Source of the DNA: Podarcis filfolensis | Lineage: Eukaryota | Length of the DNA stretch: 64,000 bases | Strand: one strand, 5' to 3' | NCBI GenBank assembly: GCA_964270895.1 | Contig: OZ185436.1 | In this document: positions 26,473 to 38,800 of the stretch, piece by piece | Position numbering within the stretch: the stretch's first letter is position 1 | How the letters are laid out: every line of letters starts with the position of its first letter | Notes under the pieces: generated by a model | Seen by the model: only the letters and a program-made list of their open reading frames with translations | Databases searched by the model: none | What the model was told of the DNA's origin: nothing | Made by a program: the position numbers and the translations under genes

Positions 26473-26670
26473 CAGGCTTTCCCCCACTCCGTGCTCTCCT
26501 CTGCCCGGCCCGCCAAGCTTTGTCCGCTCGATCGCCGGTGTCCGTACGAGCCACAATGGAGCCCTCGAAATCCTCTTCTGCTTCTCCTGCTCTTTCAAAC
26601 CGCGCGGTCGGCCCGCTCAGCCAATCAGGACGCGCAAAACTCCGCGGCTAATCACCTACCCGGGGCGGGG
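26473..26670 (-). promoter_or_regulatory. KIF20A promoter and non-coding exon 1 with CHR and CCAAT elements
   Basis: CpG island; minus-strand CCGCGCGG-TTTGAAA (CHR at 26593-26599); CCAAT at 26621-26625; GC box GGGGCGGGGC near 26661; candidate donors after 26473 (CTG|GTGAGA), 26385, 26348; no ATG in exon 1. Confidence 0.75.
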
Positions 26671-27251
26671 CCAGCGCCGAGCTGAACGCGAGGCTGTTTC
26701 TCATCCTGGCTCTTGTCGCATGTAGTTCAGCTTCAGTCTGAGAGGAGTGGAAGGAGGAACGAGCAGAGTTTTCTCTGGTCTGGTTCTTCTCCCTCTATTA
26801 AAACCCTTCTGGGCCACAAGATATGCCCCCTGCCACCATTCCAGTGCCAATTTTTGCCCCCACCCACCTCCAAATATCTCACAAAAAGTGTGGGGGGGGG
26901 GCTACCTTTGGCTGCAACCCCCTTACAACACAAACTCCAAGGAAAAGGAGAGGATTACTTCACAGCCAATCACAGTGGAAGGTGAGGGACCCTTCAGACA
27001 TCGGGAATTGCTCAGGCGAACTATATGAAACCTGCACCCCTGACTTCCCTCCAGTCACATTTTGATTCCTAATTCAGCTTCCAAAATACTGTTGCTTTTT
27101 TTTTTTTTTTTAAAGGAAGCTCAGAATCTCGGGCGCACTGCGGGCATGGGCCCTGATGCAATTGCTCCAACTGCAACATAGATAGTTTTGCCCAGATCCC
27201 TTACACCAGGAATGGGGAACATTTTTTAGTAAAAAACAACAACCCACATTA

Positions 27252-27487
27252 CAGTGGTACCTCGGGTTACATACGCTTCAGGTTACATACGCTTCAGGTT
27301 ACAGACTCTGCTAACCCAGAAATATTACCTCGGGTTAAGAACTTTGCTTCAGGATGAGAACAGAAATCATGCTCCAGCGGCGCGGCAGGAGGCCCCATTA
27401 GCTAAAGTGGTGCTTCAGGTTAAGAACAGTTTCAGGTTAAGAACAGACCTCCAGAACGAATTAAGTACTTAACCCGAGGTACCACTG
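27252..27487. mobile_element. Tc1/mariner (Tigger-like) MITE upstream of KIF20A
   Basis: Perfect TIRs CAGTGGTACCTCGGGTTA / TAACCCGAGGTACCACTG with TA on both flanks; opposite orientation to 3428. Confidence 0.9.
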
Positions 27488-28558
27488 TATATCAAGGGAA
27501 AACTTCCAGAAGCCATTTGCAAGTGGTGGATGGGGCTAGAGATGACAGTGGGTGGGCAAAAGGTGCTACTCTTACCTTTATATGATAGGCGGCATTCCAG
27601 CCACACAAAAGACAGACATTTCTACACTCATATGATGCCATCCTGGCAAGCTAGCTTAAGGACATACAAAAGCACTTGGGGAGGGATGGAGAAGTGTGGA
27701 TTAGGAGGGGATGTGGCATCTGAAGGATCCTTAGGGCCACAGAGAAGCTTGGAGGGCCACATTTGGCCCTGGGTCTGAGGTTCCCACCCCTGCCATACAT
27801 GGATTTTATCTGGTAGCAGCCCACCAGGTGCTGGGGCTCTGCAAAATAGTATATGCACCAAGCATTGCACACCCCACCTGCTGCTAGGGATGTTTCCTCT
27901 TAACCACATTTACCGTCAGTCACACACACACACAGTTTCTCCCCAGCCCAACTTTAGCTTCTGCTGCATTATGCTCAAACTCTGTGGGACAGAGAAGAGG
28001 CAGAGTCTAACAGTTTCCTGGTACTTTGCAAAGCCGCTGTCATTATATCTGGACTTGTCATAAAGGTGATCCTGTTTTTACAGGTATAATTGAAGCGAAG
28101 CGTGCTGTGGTATTTGTTTTCCCCTTTGCTTTCCTCGTGGTCATTATCTACTCCTCTCCTTTTATATCAGGCATTCACAAATAATTTATCATTATTGGTG
28201 GAGAACTCCCAATATCCTTTATGCCCTTCCCAAATTAGGCCAAGCCTAGTGATAACTACTTGGTAACTGGTAAAGGTGAGTACAATGGATGCAACTTCAG
28301 AGAGTAGTGTTCTGTTAGGGAGGCATGAACAGAATGAATTTGTGCCAGTGTTGAAACCAACAAAGCTACCTTGCTTGGGTACTAACAGTGGCATCATGTA
28401 GGGTTTTGGGGGTTTTTTGCCTCCAAAATAATGTTTGAAGATAACTGCATGCTCTTTCAGTTTTAGAATTTTCTAACAAGGAAGCCAACACAGATTTTTA
28501 AAAAATCTTTCGGAATCTAGAACAGAACTGTTCTGGAACGGTAATACACAACATAACA

Positions 28559-28564
28559 TTTATT
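28559..28564 (-). terminator. Candidate poly(A) signal for the BRD8 long (bromodomain-2) transcript
   Basis: Minus-strand AATAAA about 1.3 kb after the stop at 29840. Confidence 0.4.
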
Positions 28565-29086
28565 TTCTGGAAATGTACGTTCTACAGCCCCTTGTTGGTG
28601 CCTGCTACCAAAAACGGGGCTTAGCTTTGGGGGACAACAAGTCTTGCCTGTGCTATGGCTTGTAGGTTCTTTAACTTTCTTCTTCATCCATTAAACTTCA
28701 ACTGAGACTCCTGGGTGAGGACAAGACAGCACTGTTCCAGGAATAAATAACAGGAAAAAACATGGTATCTGTAGTCTAAAAACTGACTTTTCTAATACAT
28801 ATAAACCTGTTATGACTAATACTTTGGGACATATAATAGATAACAAAAGCTCTAAGGGAAGTGGAGGGGCATCAGACTGCTGAACTGTGGTTATCTCAAC
28901 AACTTTTCCGTAGAGCCAGACTGAAGGTAGCACGGTTGAAATCCAGCTTCTCGTCCCTGGACTAGCCTGATTCTTCTGGCTCCTCAACATCTATAAATTG
29001 AAAGAAAGACAGTAAATCTCTCAGTTCCCTAAGGATTTATCATGTTCCAGAATAGCCTGTATCTATGCCTACATAAACCTCATTAC

Positions 29087-29249
29087 GAAGGGCCACAGAA
29101 AGTACCAGGTTCAATCCCTGGCATTTCCAGGCAGGGCTGGGAGAGACCCCTGTCTAACATCTTGGAGGGCCACTGTCCATCACCATAGACAATGCTAAGC
29201 TAGACAGACCAATGGTCTGACTTGATATAAGGCAGTTTCCTATGTTCCT
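29087..29249 (+). mobile_element. tRNA-derived SINE, degenerate
   Basis: B-box-like GGTTCAATCCC and shared tail AGACAATGCTAAGCTAG...AAGGCAGYTTCCTATGTTCCT as in 31965 and 35944. Confidence 0.7.
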
Positions 29250-29300
29250 GCTTAGGGAGCCAAGTGAATTTTTAATCATCTATATGCCTTGCATATAGAA

Positions 29301-29645
29301 GGGACGCGGGTGGCGCTGTGGGTTAAAACACAGAGCCTAGGACTTGCCGATCAGAAGGTCGGCGGTTCGAATCCCTGTGACAGGGTGAGCTCCCATTGCT
29401 CAGTCCCAACTTCTGCCAACCTAGCAGTTCGAAAGCACATCAAAAGTGCCAGTAGATAAATAGGTACCATTCCAGTGGGAAGGTAAATGGCGTTTCCATG
29501 TGCTGCTCTGGTTTGCCAGAAGCAGCTTAGTCATGCTGGCCACATGCTGTATGCTGGCTCCCTTGGCCAATAAAACGAGATGAGCGCCGCAACCCCAGAG
29601 TCGGTCACGACTGGAACTAATGGTCAGGGGTCTCCTTTACCTTTA
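29301..29645 (+). mobile_element. Sauria SINE, near full length
   Basis: GGGACGCGGGTGGCGCTGTGGGTTAA head, GGTTCGAATCCC B box, TTTACCTTTA tail. Confidence 0.9.
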
Positions 29646-29839
29646 AATTCTACTCATTATTGTGAAATCTAAGGAAGAGGCTTTCACCTTGAGATGAATA
29701 GCACTCATGTTTGGGAGACACAAGCAGAGATGCCATACATCCTGTGAATGGTTGGGTTTCCACTCATTTGTTCCCTACAGGTATGGGAACATGGCAAAGG
29801 GGAGGCTGATGTGGTTGCTCCCCTTTGAATACAATCCTC

Positions 29840-32800
29840 TCACCTTCTCACAAAGCCCTGCATTTCTTCTGAGCACAGGAGTGCCTCGCCCAGCATCTGA
29901 AGCTGCTCCAGAACTTCTCGTTGCATCTCCAGAGCAATGCGATGTATATGGTGGTTGGAGTTATTGTACATGATGGCATTCTGGAACATCAGCATGAGAT
30001 CCCGCTGGAACTGCACCATATTCTGAATGCGGCCCTTGGAGAGGCTCCTCTTTATGGAGGAAAGATCGGCTGGCCTTCAGAAAGGAGGGAGAAGTAAGTT
30101 GCAATTGTCTGTCACCCTAGCCAAGTTGTTAAGAAAAAATTACATTGTCTCTCGGAGAAGGATTTGGGTGGTTATAGATTGGAAACTGGCAGAATTTTAA
30201 CTTGGTAGCCTAGATAGCTCTCAAAGGAAATATCCAATCCTTAGAGTAAGAATTTCTGTTCCTCCATCAGTGGATGGTGGCAGTTACTGGCTTGTGTTGT
30301 ACAGTGGATTTAATCTTCAAACATACTTTTCTTTGGTTGAAATCAGCCCCTTCGCTCAATTTGGATCAGGTCTATGATGATTCTGGGGGTGGGTTTAACC
30401 CTTCACATACCCATACTGCTTCTTAATACATAAATCACACACTAAAGCTGATATTATCTACAGAGTGGGTAGATAGGAAGATGGGTACAATACAGGCGAC
30501 TGTCTTTTCTCATCTAAATAATAGCCTCTGGGGGAGTGATTCATGTTAAGGGAATCTACCCCAGTACTAAAGTCCCAATCCCAATCCCATCCTCTACCTC
30601 ACTGCTTTTCAATCAATAATAATTATTGGGTGGGTAAGGGGAGGGAATGGGAGACTGACTCATGAACCTCATCAATCCCACCATTGCATCCAGGCAGGCT
30701 TCTCCTGATCCAGATGTTATGGAGAAATAGAGCTGAGTGTCATAAGTATACTGATGGCATCTGGCTCCAAAATGCCTAATGACTGCTTCCCAACAGCTTC
30801 ATATAGGTATTCAATGGCATAGGGGATAAAATAGTGCCTGGCAGCATCCCATAATTTAACCACCAAAGGGGCCAAAAAGTACTCTCTCAATGTAGGTAGG
30901 ACTGGAACCCCCCGTTTCTCATTCCATGGAGCCAGTCCAAGAGGCTATATGCACAATGGTATCAAACGCAGCTGAGAGGCAGAAAAGCAGGAACAAAGCT
31001 GCATTACCCTTGCCCTGCTCACTGTAAAGGTGGCCAAGGATGACTCGGTCCCATAGCCAAGCCTGAATCCAGATTGGAATGGGTTTAAATGCTCTGTGTC
31101 GTCCAAGAATGCTTGCAGCTGCCCTGCCACTACTCTCTCCACCACCAAGAAATTGGTAGCTGCAACTGGATGGTAGTTATTCCAGTCTGAAGGGCCCAGG
31201 GCTTCTTCAAGAGTGTTCACACCACCATGTCTTTCAAGGCAGCTGGAACCACCCCATCACACAATAAAATGTTCTCCATGCCTTGGACCCAAGGAATCAA
31301 ACCCCCTCTGGTAGATTTAAGAAGCTAGGAGGGACAGGGGTGAAGAGGGCATGTGGGCAGACGTATTGCCACCAGCATCTTATCCATATCAACTTGACTG
31401 CATAAGCTGAAACTGATCCCGTAACATTATCATAGACTCTGGCATTGAACAATTCGGCTGGAACTGCAACCATGGCAGTTGTTGTGACTTGTAGCCACTC
31501 CACAGCCTTATTCTCTGTACCAGCTCTCCCTCCACTTTCTCAGCTGACCTTTTCACCACATCTTTGTAACCAGGAGCCTGCTTCTCGGAAACGGGCTTCA
31601 GAAAGGGGCCGCTGTATCTAAGGGGGAGACAGAGATGAAGAGAGCTAAATAGGCTTCCCCATGTGCATTACACGACCCCTTGACTCACCACCGGACTTCA
31701 TGCCACACCCTTTTCTGTATCTCAGAATGACTGGTGGGGATGACAGTGATTGGCAGATGGAAGTCAATCAGCTAAGAAATCACAATATAATAAATAGAAA
31801 GGAAGGGTGAAATGCTCAGGGTAGAACCATGCACAGGTTTGTGCTTTACAGGGGGCAGCTCTGAATGCTGTGTATGCATAATGTCGGACCAAGAGAATCA
31901 GGCCAGGATGGGCTGAGAAAAAGGGACACATTCAGCCGTTGTTCCATCTTCCAATTCTAATTACGGGGAAGGGCTGTAGCTCAATGGAAGAACATCTGCT
32001 TTGGCTGCAAATGATTGCAGTTCAGTCTCCAGACAAGACTGAAAATGTCCCTAGTCTGAAACCTGGAGGATAGCTGCCAGTCAGAGTAGACAATGCTAAG
32101 CTAGAGGGACAAATGGTCTGATTTGGTATAAGGTGGCTTCCTACATTCCTAACCCTAATACATATAGGACACTCCATTTCCTCCGGGCTTCGGTCTTGGG
32201 ATCCCAGTGTCTTCCCCCATATTTTCACCAGTTCTCTCTGAGCTTGATCCACAACATTCTTCTGTTCGAGCTTTGACTCCCTCAGTATCCAACCCTGGTC
32301 TTTCCATGCAGGCTTTAAAGTCTTAGGTTTACTCTCACTGTATCAGTACTAAATTTTGGCACATTTCCTCTATTTATATATTTCCTCCTAAATTTCAATC
32401 CACCCACCCCTCACCTTACACACATGGTTCACCCTCTTAATAACCACCAGATACGGGCAGTCGCTCCTGTTTACCCAAATACACCTTAATAAATTTGATG
32501 CTGCTTGCCCAAAAAAACCCCAGGGTGATAATCTCAGGAGTGTATTGGATTTTAGGATCATGAAGCAAGTCTGATACGATTTCTGCTATTTAAAAAAAAT
32601 TAGCAGATGCAGTAAATGCAATAAGCAAGGTGCCTAGGTTACTGAATGTATAGATGCAACGCTACACCACTCCAAGAAATGAAGCAATTTGAAAGAGGAA
32701 AACTGCAGTGTCAGGAAGTGGGACAGCAGGAGATTTCAGTCTAGACCAGACTGTGCAAAAGGTTGCATCTCTTAAATTGGGGGGAGGAGAGGACCCTCAC

Positions 32801-35800
32801 AGGAAGTGGCATGCAGACACAGACAAATCGCAAGATGCTGTGTGACCTGCACTAGCTCTTGAATGGTTAGTATGAAGCAGCCATGAAGATGTGCTACTGT
32901 GGATGCAGCCTTTGTCCTCTTCGCCTCCATAAACCTTAATAACACACCTGTGGCCAGCCACCATCTTCCAGATGGACAACAAAGTTTTTTTGAAAAGCAA
33001 ATGCTGCTGGAGAGGGTCATCTTGGCTCAGCCGCATCCTATACAGATAAGAAACAGAACAGATTTATTCCCATCAGGAAAAAGAAATTGGTGGGATGAAA
33101 TGTGTTATTGGACCGGTGATGCAACTAAGGTTTGTTAGCCCCCGATGGAAAAAGAAATTTGTAAAACTTACCAATGAAAGTTAGTAAATGAAGGGGTTAA
33201 GGAACACAGAACTGTAAATTTCTAGAGAAGGCACAGCTAAGATACACCCCCTCACCTTCAAGGAGGAGGGAAGTATTGTTTGTTCCCTGCTCCTCTCTCC
33301 CTCTTCTTTTTGAACCATGCAACTGACCAGACACATGAGGCTGGCGCTCCCTGTCCAAACTCCATGCTTGAAGGTACCCTTTTTGTATGTTGTACTCTAT
33401 AGGTTTTTACCTGTGTTGTTTTTGCTGTAGCATTGATAGATGCGTGAGTGTGACCTTTACTTAAAATAAGTAAAGGTTTGTGCTCTATTAACTCTGAGAG
33501 TGGTAGAGACAGGGGAACACAATTAGTACCCAGTGCTTAATACTGAGACATTTAAAGGTCTAACATCCTATATTTGCCACGCTTTGCAAACACTGCATAT
33601 ATTTTAGTTTTAAACTCTGCTGAGGGCCCTTTTGACTACAGAGTGAGTCAGCCCCATGTTTTTTTAATTCAGGCAGTCAGCCGTTTTTTGTTTACTTTTG
33701 TAGTTTCCCCCACACATGGAATATCTGGATTAACTAGTATTCCCCAGTTATTTCCTAACAAAGAGTTCCCCGCGCCTCTTCTAGAGGGAGCTTTAGGCTG
33801 CAACCCTATATATAAGCTTAGCTGGGAGCCAGGCCCACATAACTCAGTGGGGTTTACTTCTGAGTAGACCTGTGCAGGATTGCATGGAGAGATGACTGGC
33901 TACACTTAAAGTACTAAGCCTGAAGAGTAGGCATGATGCCATTTCTGAGCTTTGTGCCACCATTACTCACAAAGGCAAAGAAGCTGTACTTGTGGTAGGA
34001 GAGCTCATCAAGGGTGTTCCATAGGGACTGGAGTCATCGTTGCTGTAACTCAGGTGGAAGTCACAATCTTTCCAGTCTTCAGCACGTTCTGCAGCCACTT
34101 CCTGGTGAACACAAAATAGGCATGAGCTGAATTGGCAAAGTAACAAATGGAATATCAAACTCAGGGCCAGATGCCCATGATGGAAGATACAAGGATTCTA
34201 ACTGGCTGGATCCATCTTTTCTCCACCCCACCTGAAAACGCAGCTAAGCCCTCCCAAGCAACTTGTTCTCACTTTTCCCCTTCCCACCAACAATCATGGC
34301 TAGCTCACAGATTTCATCTTTCCCTTGGTGCTTATCAACTTTCACTTCACTATGCTGCTCCTTTCCAGAGAATATGACCTCTATCCCAAAATGGAGAGAT
34401 GAGGCACAGAGACAGAGACCTAGTCCTAAAACTCGACTTGTGAGAGTTTCACCACTTACCTCCACGTTTTGTGGCACCCCATCCTTCAGCGTTCTCCAAC
34501 TGAAGGAAGTATCATTTGTAAGCTCTAATGAGTAGTCATCTTCATCTGTTTCTCCTGCACTTTCCACAAGGCTATGCAGCATCTTCTTTTCCAAATCCCC
34601 ATCAGGATTGTCATCTTGAATCTGAGAGTCTCCTGACTCCTCACACAGATCCTGTTGCTCTTCCATTCCTTCTGCTTCCCAGTTAATAACTGGGAGCCCT
34701 TCTGAGACCTGAAATGCCAACTTTCCCCTTCCCTGGGAAGTAGCTCTCTTTTTCAGAACCTGAAGCTGACTTCCTTTAGCCACTTCCTCCTCTTGGTGGG
34801 TCACAGATCCCTTTATGTCTCCTTCATGATCCAGCAATCCCCTTCCAGGCAGCTCCCCAGCACTGCAAAGTGCCTGTGGACCCTGGGCCAGGTATGTGCT
34901 GCCAATGCAAAGGGGCTCCATCAAATGTGTTACCTGGAAGAGAGGGTGACAGGCTAAACAGCTTAAGACCATTACAGAATTAGTGACATTACAGAACTAT
35001 ATGCAGATCTGTCCATTCAACACATCTTTTGTCCTAACGGGCATAGGATAGAGACGCAGCCAAAACACAGAATAACACTCCATGGGCATGTGAATAGAAG
35101 TGCATCTGGGCAAAGACACCCTTCCACTTTTGAATTAGAGGGCAGGCACCAACCCTTGTCAACACATTTATCCTGAACCTCTATCTCCAGGTACCTTTAC
35201 CCAACTGCATACAGAAATGGCCAGTCTGCCACGTGGACTGGGAACACTATTTTTTCAGCCAATTGACAAGGTCACCCACCACCACCTCCGCCTTTTCCTC
35301 AACTGCACCCACCAGCAGCCATACCTCTGACAGGAACCTCAAGATAGCATCCTGCTTGTACCTCCCAGCCTCTTCTTGGTCCCCTCTGCTGGCACCTTCC
35401 CATGCCAGAGGACCACTCGTTCCCAGCTGACTCTCCTCCTCTTGGCTGCTGCTCTCCTCGACCTCCTCCTCAGCAGTTTCTTCCCCCTTTCTCCAGCAGC
35501 CTAGTTCCAGGTCAAGATCTGAGCTGGAGCCTGGGGAGCCCTGGGGAGACTGGCAGCTGCTGCTCTTCTCAGACTCCGTGAAGAATTCTTCTTTGGACTC
35601 CAGCCAGGTCCACACGTGACCCATCTACAAGAGGTACACGAGATGGGAAGAGGGTTTGTCACTCGCTCACATGCTAGCTTCAGATCTGATCAGGTGTTCA
35701 AGCAGGTAGTAAAGGAGCCAAGTTCAAACCCTGACATATACAATCTATTGTGGTAATGCTCTCAGCTGTGACTTGAAAGAGAACTTTTACCAAAAATTAT

Positions 35801-38800
35801 CCCTAGCTTCTAATTGTCTATGTGGCACTGCACATCTGCCAAGTCCCACAGCAATCCAAATGGTAAGCCAGGAGTGGGTTGCTGAAGCCTTGGGTTATAT
35901 CACCATATTTGCTAGCAGTGGGGATTGGGAACAGGGCAACCCAGATGTGGCTCAATGGCAGAGCACCTGCTTTGCCTGCAGAAGGGACCAGGATCAAACC
36001 CTGCTATCTCCAAGTACGGGTAGGAATGTCCTTTGCCTGAAACCCTTAAGAGCCACTGCCAATCAACGCAGACTGTACTGATCTAGGTGGGCGAATTGTC
36101 TAGAATGGTACAAGGCAGCTTCCAATGTTCCTGCATAATAGGTAAAGGAGGAGAGGTGGATTTCTCTCAATGCAAGGCGAATAGAAAAGGCAGATCCTTT
36201 CTAAGAATTATAATCCATTGATAGCACAATTTTGCAAAAGAGTTGGAAGCCACTGCCTTATTACAACCCAGTGTGTCTAGAAGTCAAGATCTCAAAATTT
36301 TATCTAGGTTTAAAGGAGGAGATAAAGATGCTGTATGAGAATGCAGGTGAAAGTCATGGAAGCCTTCTGTTAACACCACCCTGGGGGAATTGTATTGCTT
36401 ATGCTGGGATCACTTAACTAGTTATTATACAGTTATTCTTTTGATTATCCCTGAAATATTCTTCAGGGTGGAGAAAATCAAGAAGTCGTTTTTGCTTACA
36501 AAACCCGAGGGTGTCTTAAAACATTGTGACGGTTTCTTTTTTTACTCCCATTGGTGACAATATAAATTTTAGTAGACATGTTTTGAAGCAACACATTGAA
36601 GCGTTTGCTGAGATATCATGGTTGAAAGAAGTGGTAGTGAAGCTGAGGTTGAGGAGCCCTGGGTGGGTCCCCAGGGCTCTATCCAACTCTCAGGACTCTC
36701 CCTCAGCCACTTCCCCTCCTCAGCCCACATCCCTCATGGGTTTTCTGTTCCTACTCAGGCACTGCTGTTTCCATCTGCCCCACCCAGCCTTTCCCAGACT
36801 GTGACTTTGAGAACAGCAGCAGCTAGGAAGAGATGATTTCAGGGTGGGTGGGTGTGGGTGTGGTTTTATAATTTGTGTGTGTGTTTCAATTTGATCCTTT
36901 TACATGGTTTTGTATGTTTTATGGTTTTCATGCATTGCAATTTGCTGTTATTTTTACTGATTATAGATTGGTAAATTCTTTATTGTGGTATGTGTGAACT
37001 GTTTAATTATTTGCCGTTGTTTAATTTTACTGTGTATTATTAGATCCTGATGGATTGTTGATTGTGGCTTTGTTTGATATAAGTTGTCTATTTTAAAGTT
37101 GTGATTTTTTATATTGGATCAGATTGTTATTATTAACGTTTATTATGTGTTGGAAGCCGCCCAGACTGTCGTAATATAAATAAAATATTATAATATTATT
37201 TTCCTGTGCCCTTTTGCTGGGTTAAAATGTGTCTTGCTTGCTTGTATGGAGGACAGGTGTACTGTAGGTGTATAGAAACATCCACACAGTTGTAATGTAG
37301 CCTACTGTACAAAGGTGAAAAATCACATCCATTTCTCTGAGCACGCTTGTCTCTGGCTGCAGCCAACAATGACATGTCGCTCCCAGAAGGTATGAACCAC
37401 AATGAAGGCCTCTGCACACCAGCTGGCTGCCCCTGTAAGACCTAAACAATCATAGTTTCAAGTCTTTGGCGTCTCCAGTTTGAAAAGTGGGCAAGGGAGA
37501 AAGAGTACTTAAGTAGCAGGGCTGGGAAGGGAAACCTATCCATGATATTGGATCAGGCATGGAGATCCTGTTGTTAGACTCCAACTTCTATCAAGTGCAG
37601 TCAGTATGACTAATAATCAGAGCTGACAGGAGTTGAAGTTCAACATCATCTGGAAAGCCACAGGCTCCCCATCCCTGACTTGCAGAGTCACTACCAATGA
37701 GCATAGCTGTGCACAGCACATTTAATGAGGGTGTGTTTGCAGGGTTTTTGCTTCCCCCCCTCAGGATAAATATTTATTGAATACATAATCATAAAGGACA
37801 TTGTTTGATAAATAAACTGAAGAAACTAAAATGTAACTTTTTTATTAACAAAAAATACCTAAGTTTTGCTGCCGTGATAATGAAATGTCATGACCTTTAA
37901 ACAGATGAGTTAAACCAAATTGACCAAAACAGATTATAGTTTCATCATCTTCCTGTCCTAGGAAGGTGGCAAGTGGTGCCTGGAGGGAGACAGAGCCATG
38001 AAAACAGACACAGGCAAAAGAAAAAGGCTGCAGCTTCTGCCTGCATCTGTAAGCAATGGTGGGATACTTAGCTCCAGCAGCAACAGTAAGGAAGGAGGAA
38101 ACTGCAGGTCCTTTCTAGGCTTTTTATTCTGTCTCTCTGTCTGCTTCCCTCCTCCCTACTTCTGCCTTAGTCTCTCCCCCCATAGCCGCTTCCCTGTGGG
38201 TTGTGTCACCTGAGGCAGCCAGGCTGCTGCTCCGTGCTCTCTCCTCCTTGCTATGACCTCATGTTTTGAAACATTACGGTGTGTCTGGGCACACATAGCA
38301 CACCTCTGCCAATGAAGAGACAGTAATGGACTACCACATGCCAGCAGAGGGCCATGGCCAACATTGATGTGACTATCTGGCACCCAGAGACAGGTAGAAA
38401 CTCATCTATCACAGAACTGGGTTTGATAGACTAGCTCGAACGCCTCCAGAAAGGAAAATCCAATTGTTTCCTTTTGCTCTTCAGCAATTGATCTCTGAAG
38501 AGCAGAGGCAACTATTTTTTCAGCACATGGGCTGGGAGGAGAGACTTCTTTTTATGATGGGGAGGAAGATGGGAGCTAGCAGACCTGTTTGAAAGTGCTT
38601 GGCAGGTCTGATCTAGCTGATGGATTTGTCATTCTGGACTGTGTAGTCAAAACATTGATTCACAGTATGTGTAGGTCTTTACAAACAAGTTTTTCTTAGA
38701 GAGGGTGGTAATGTAAATAAATCAATGCAGCCAGCACACCTTGCTCTACAGGATTCTCTACTACAGTTTATTATACACATTTACACTCCACAAATACAAA

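Noticed and set aside
33133-33550. Possible solo LTR (TG...CA with AAGTAAA)
   Set aside because: No TSD or convincing terminal inverted repeat; boundaries are arbitrary.
29087-36132. tRNA-like heads at 29087, 29301, 31965 and 35944
   Set aside because: A/B boxes are followed by SINE bodies and no full cloverleaf, so these are SINEs rather than tRNA genes.
36643-36693. Hairpin GAGCCCTGGG / CCCAGGGCTC
   Set aside because: Only 10 perfect bp with weak extension; expected by chance in GC-rich sequence and too short for a pre-miRNA.
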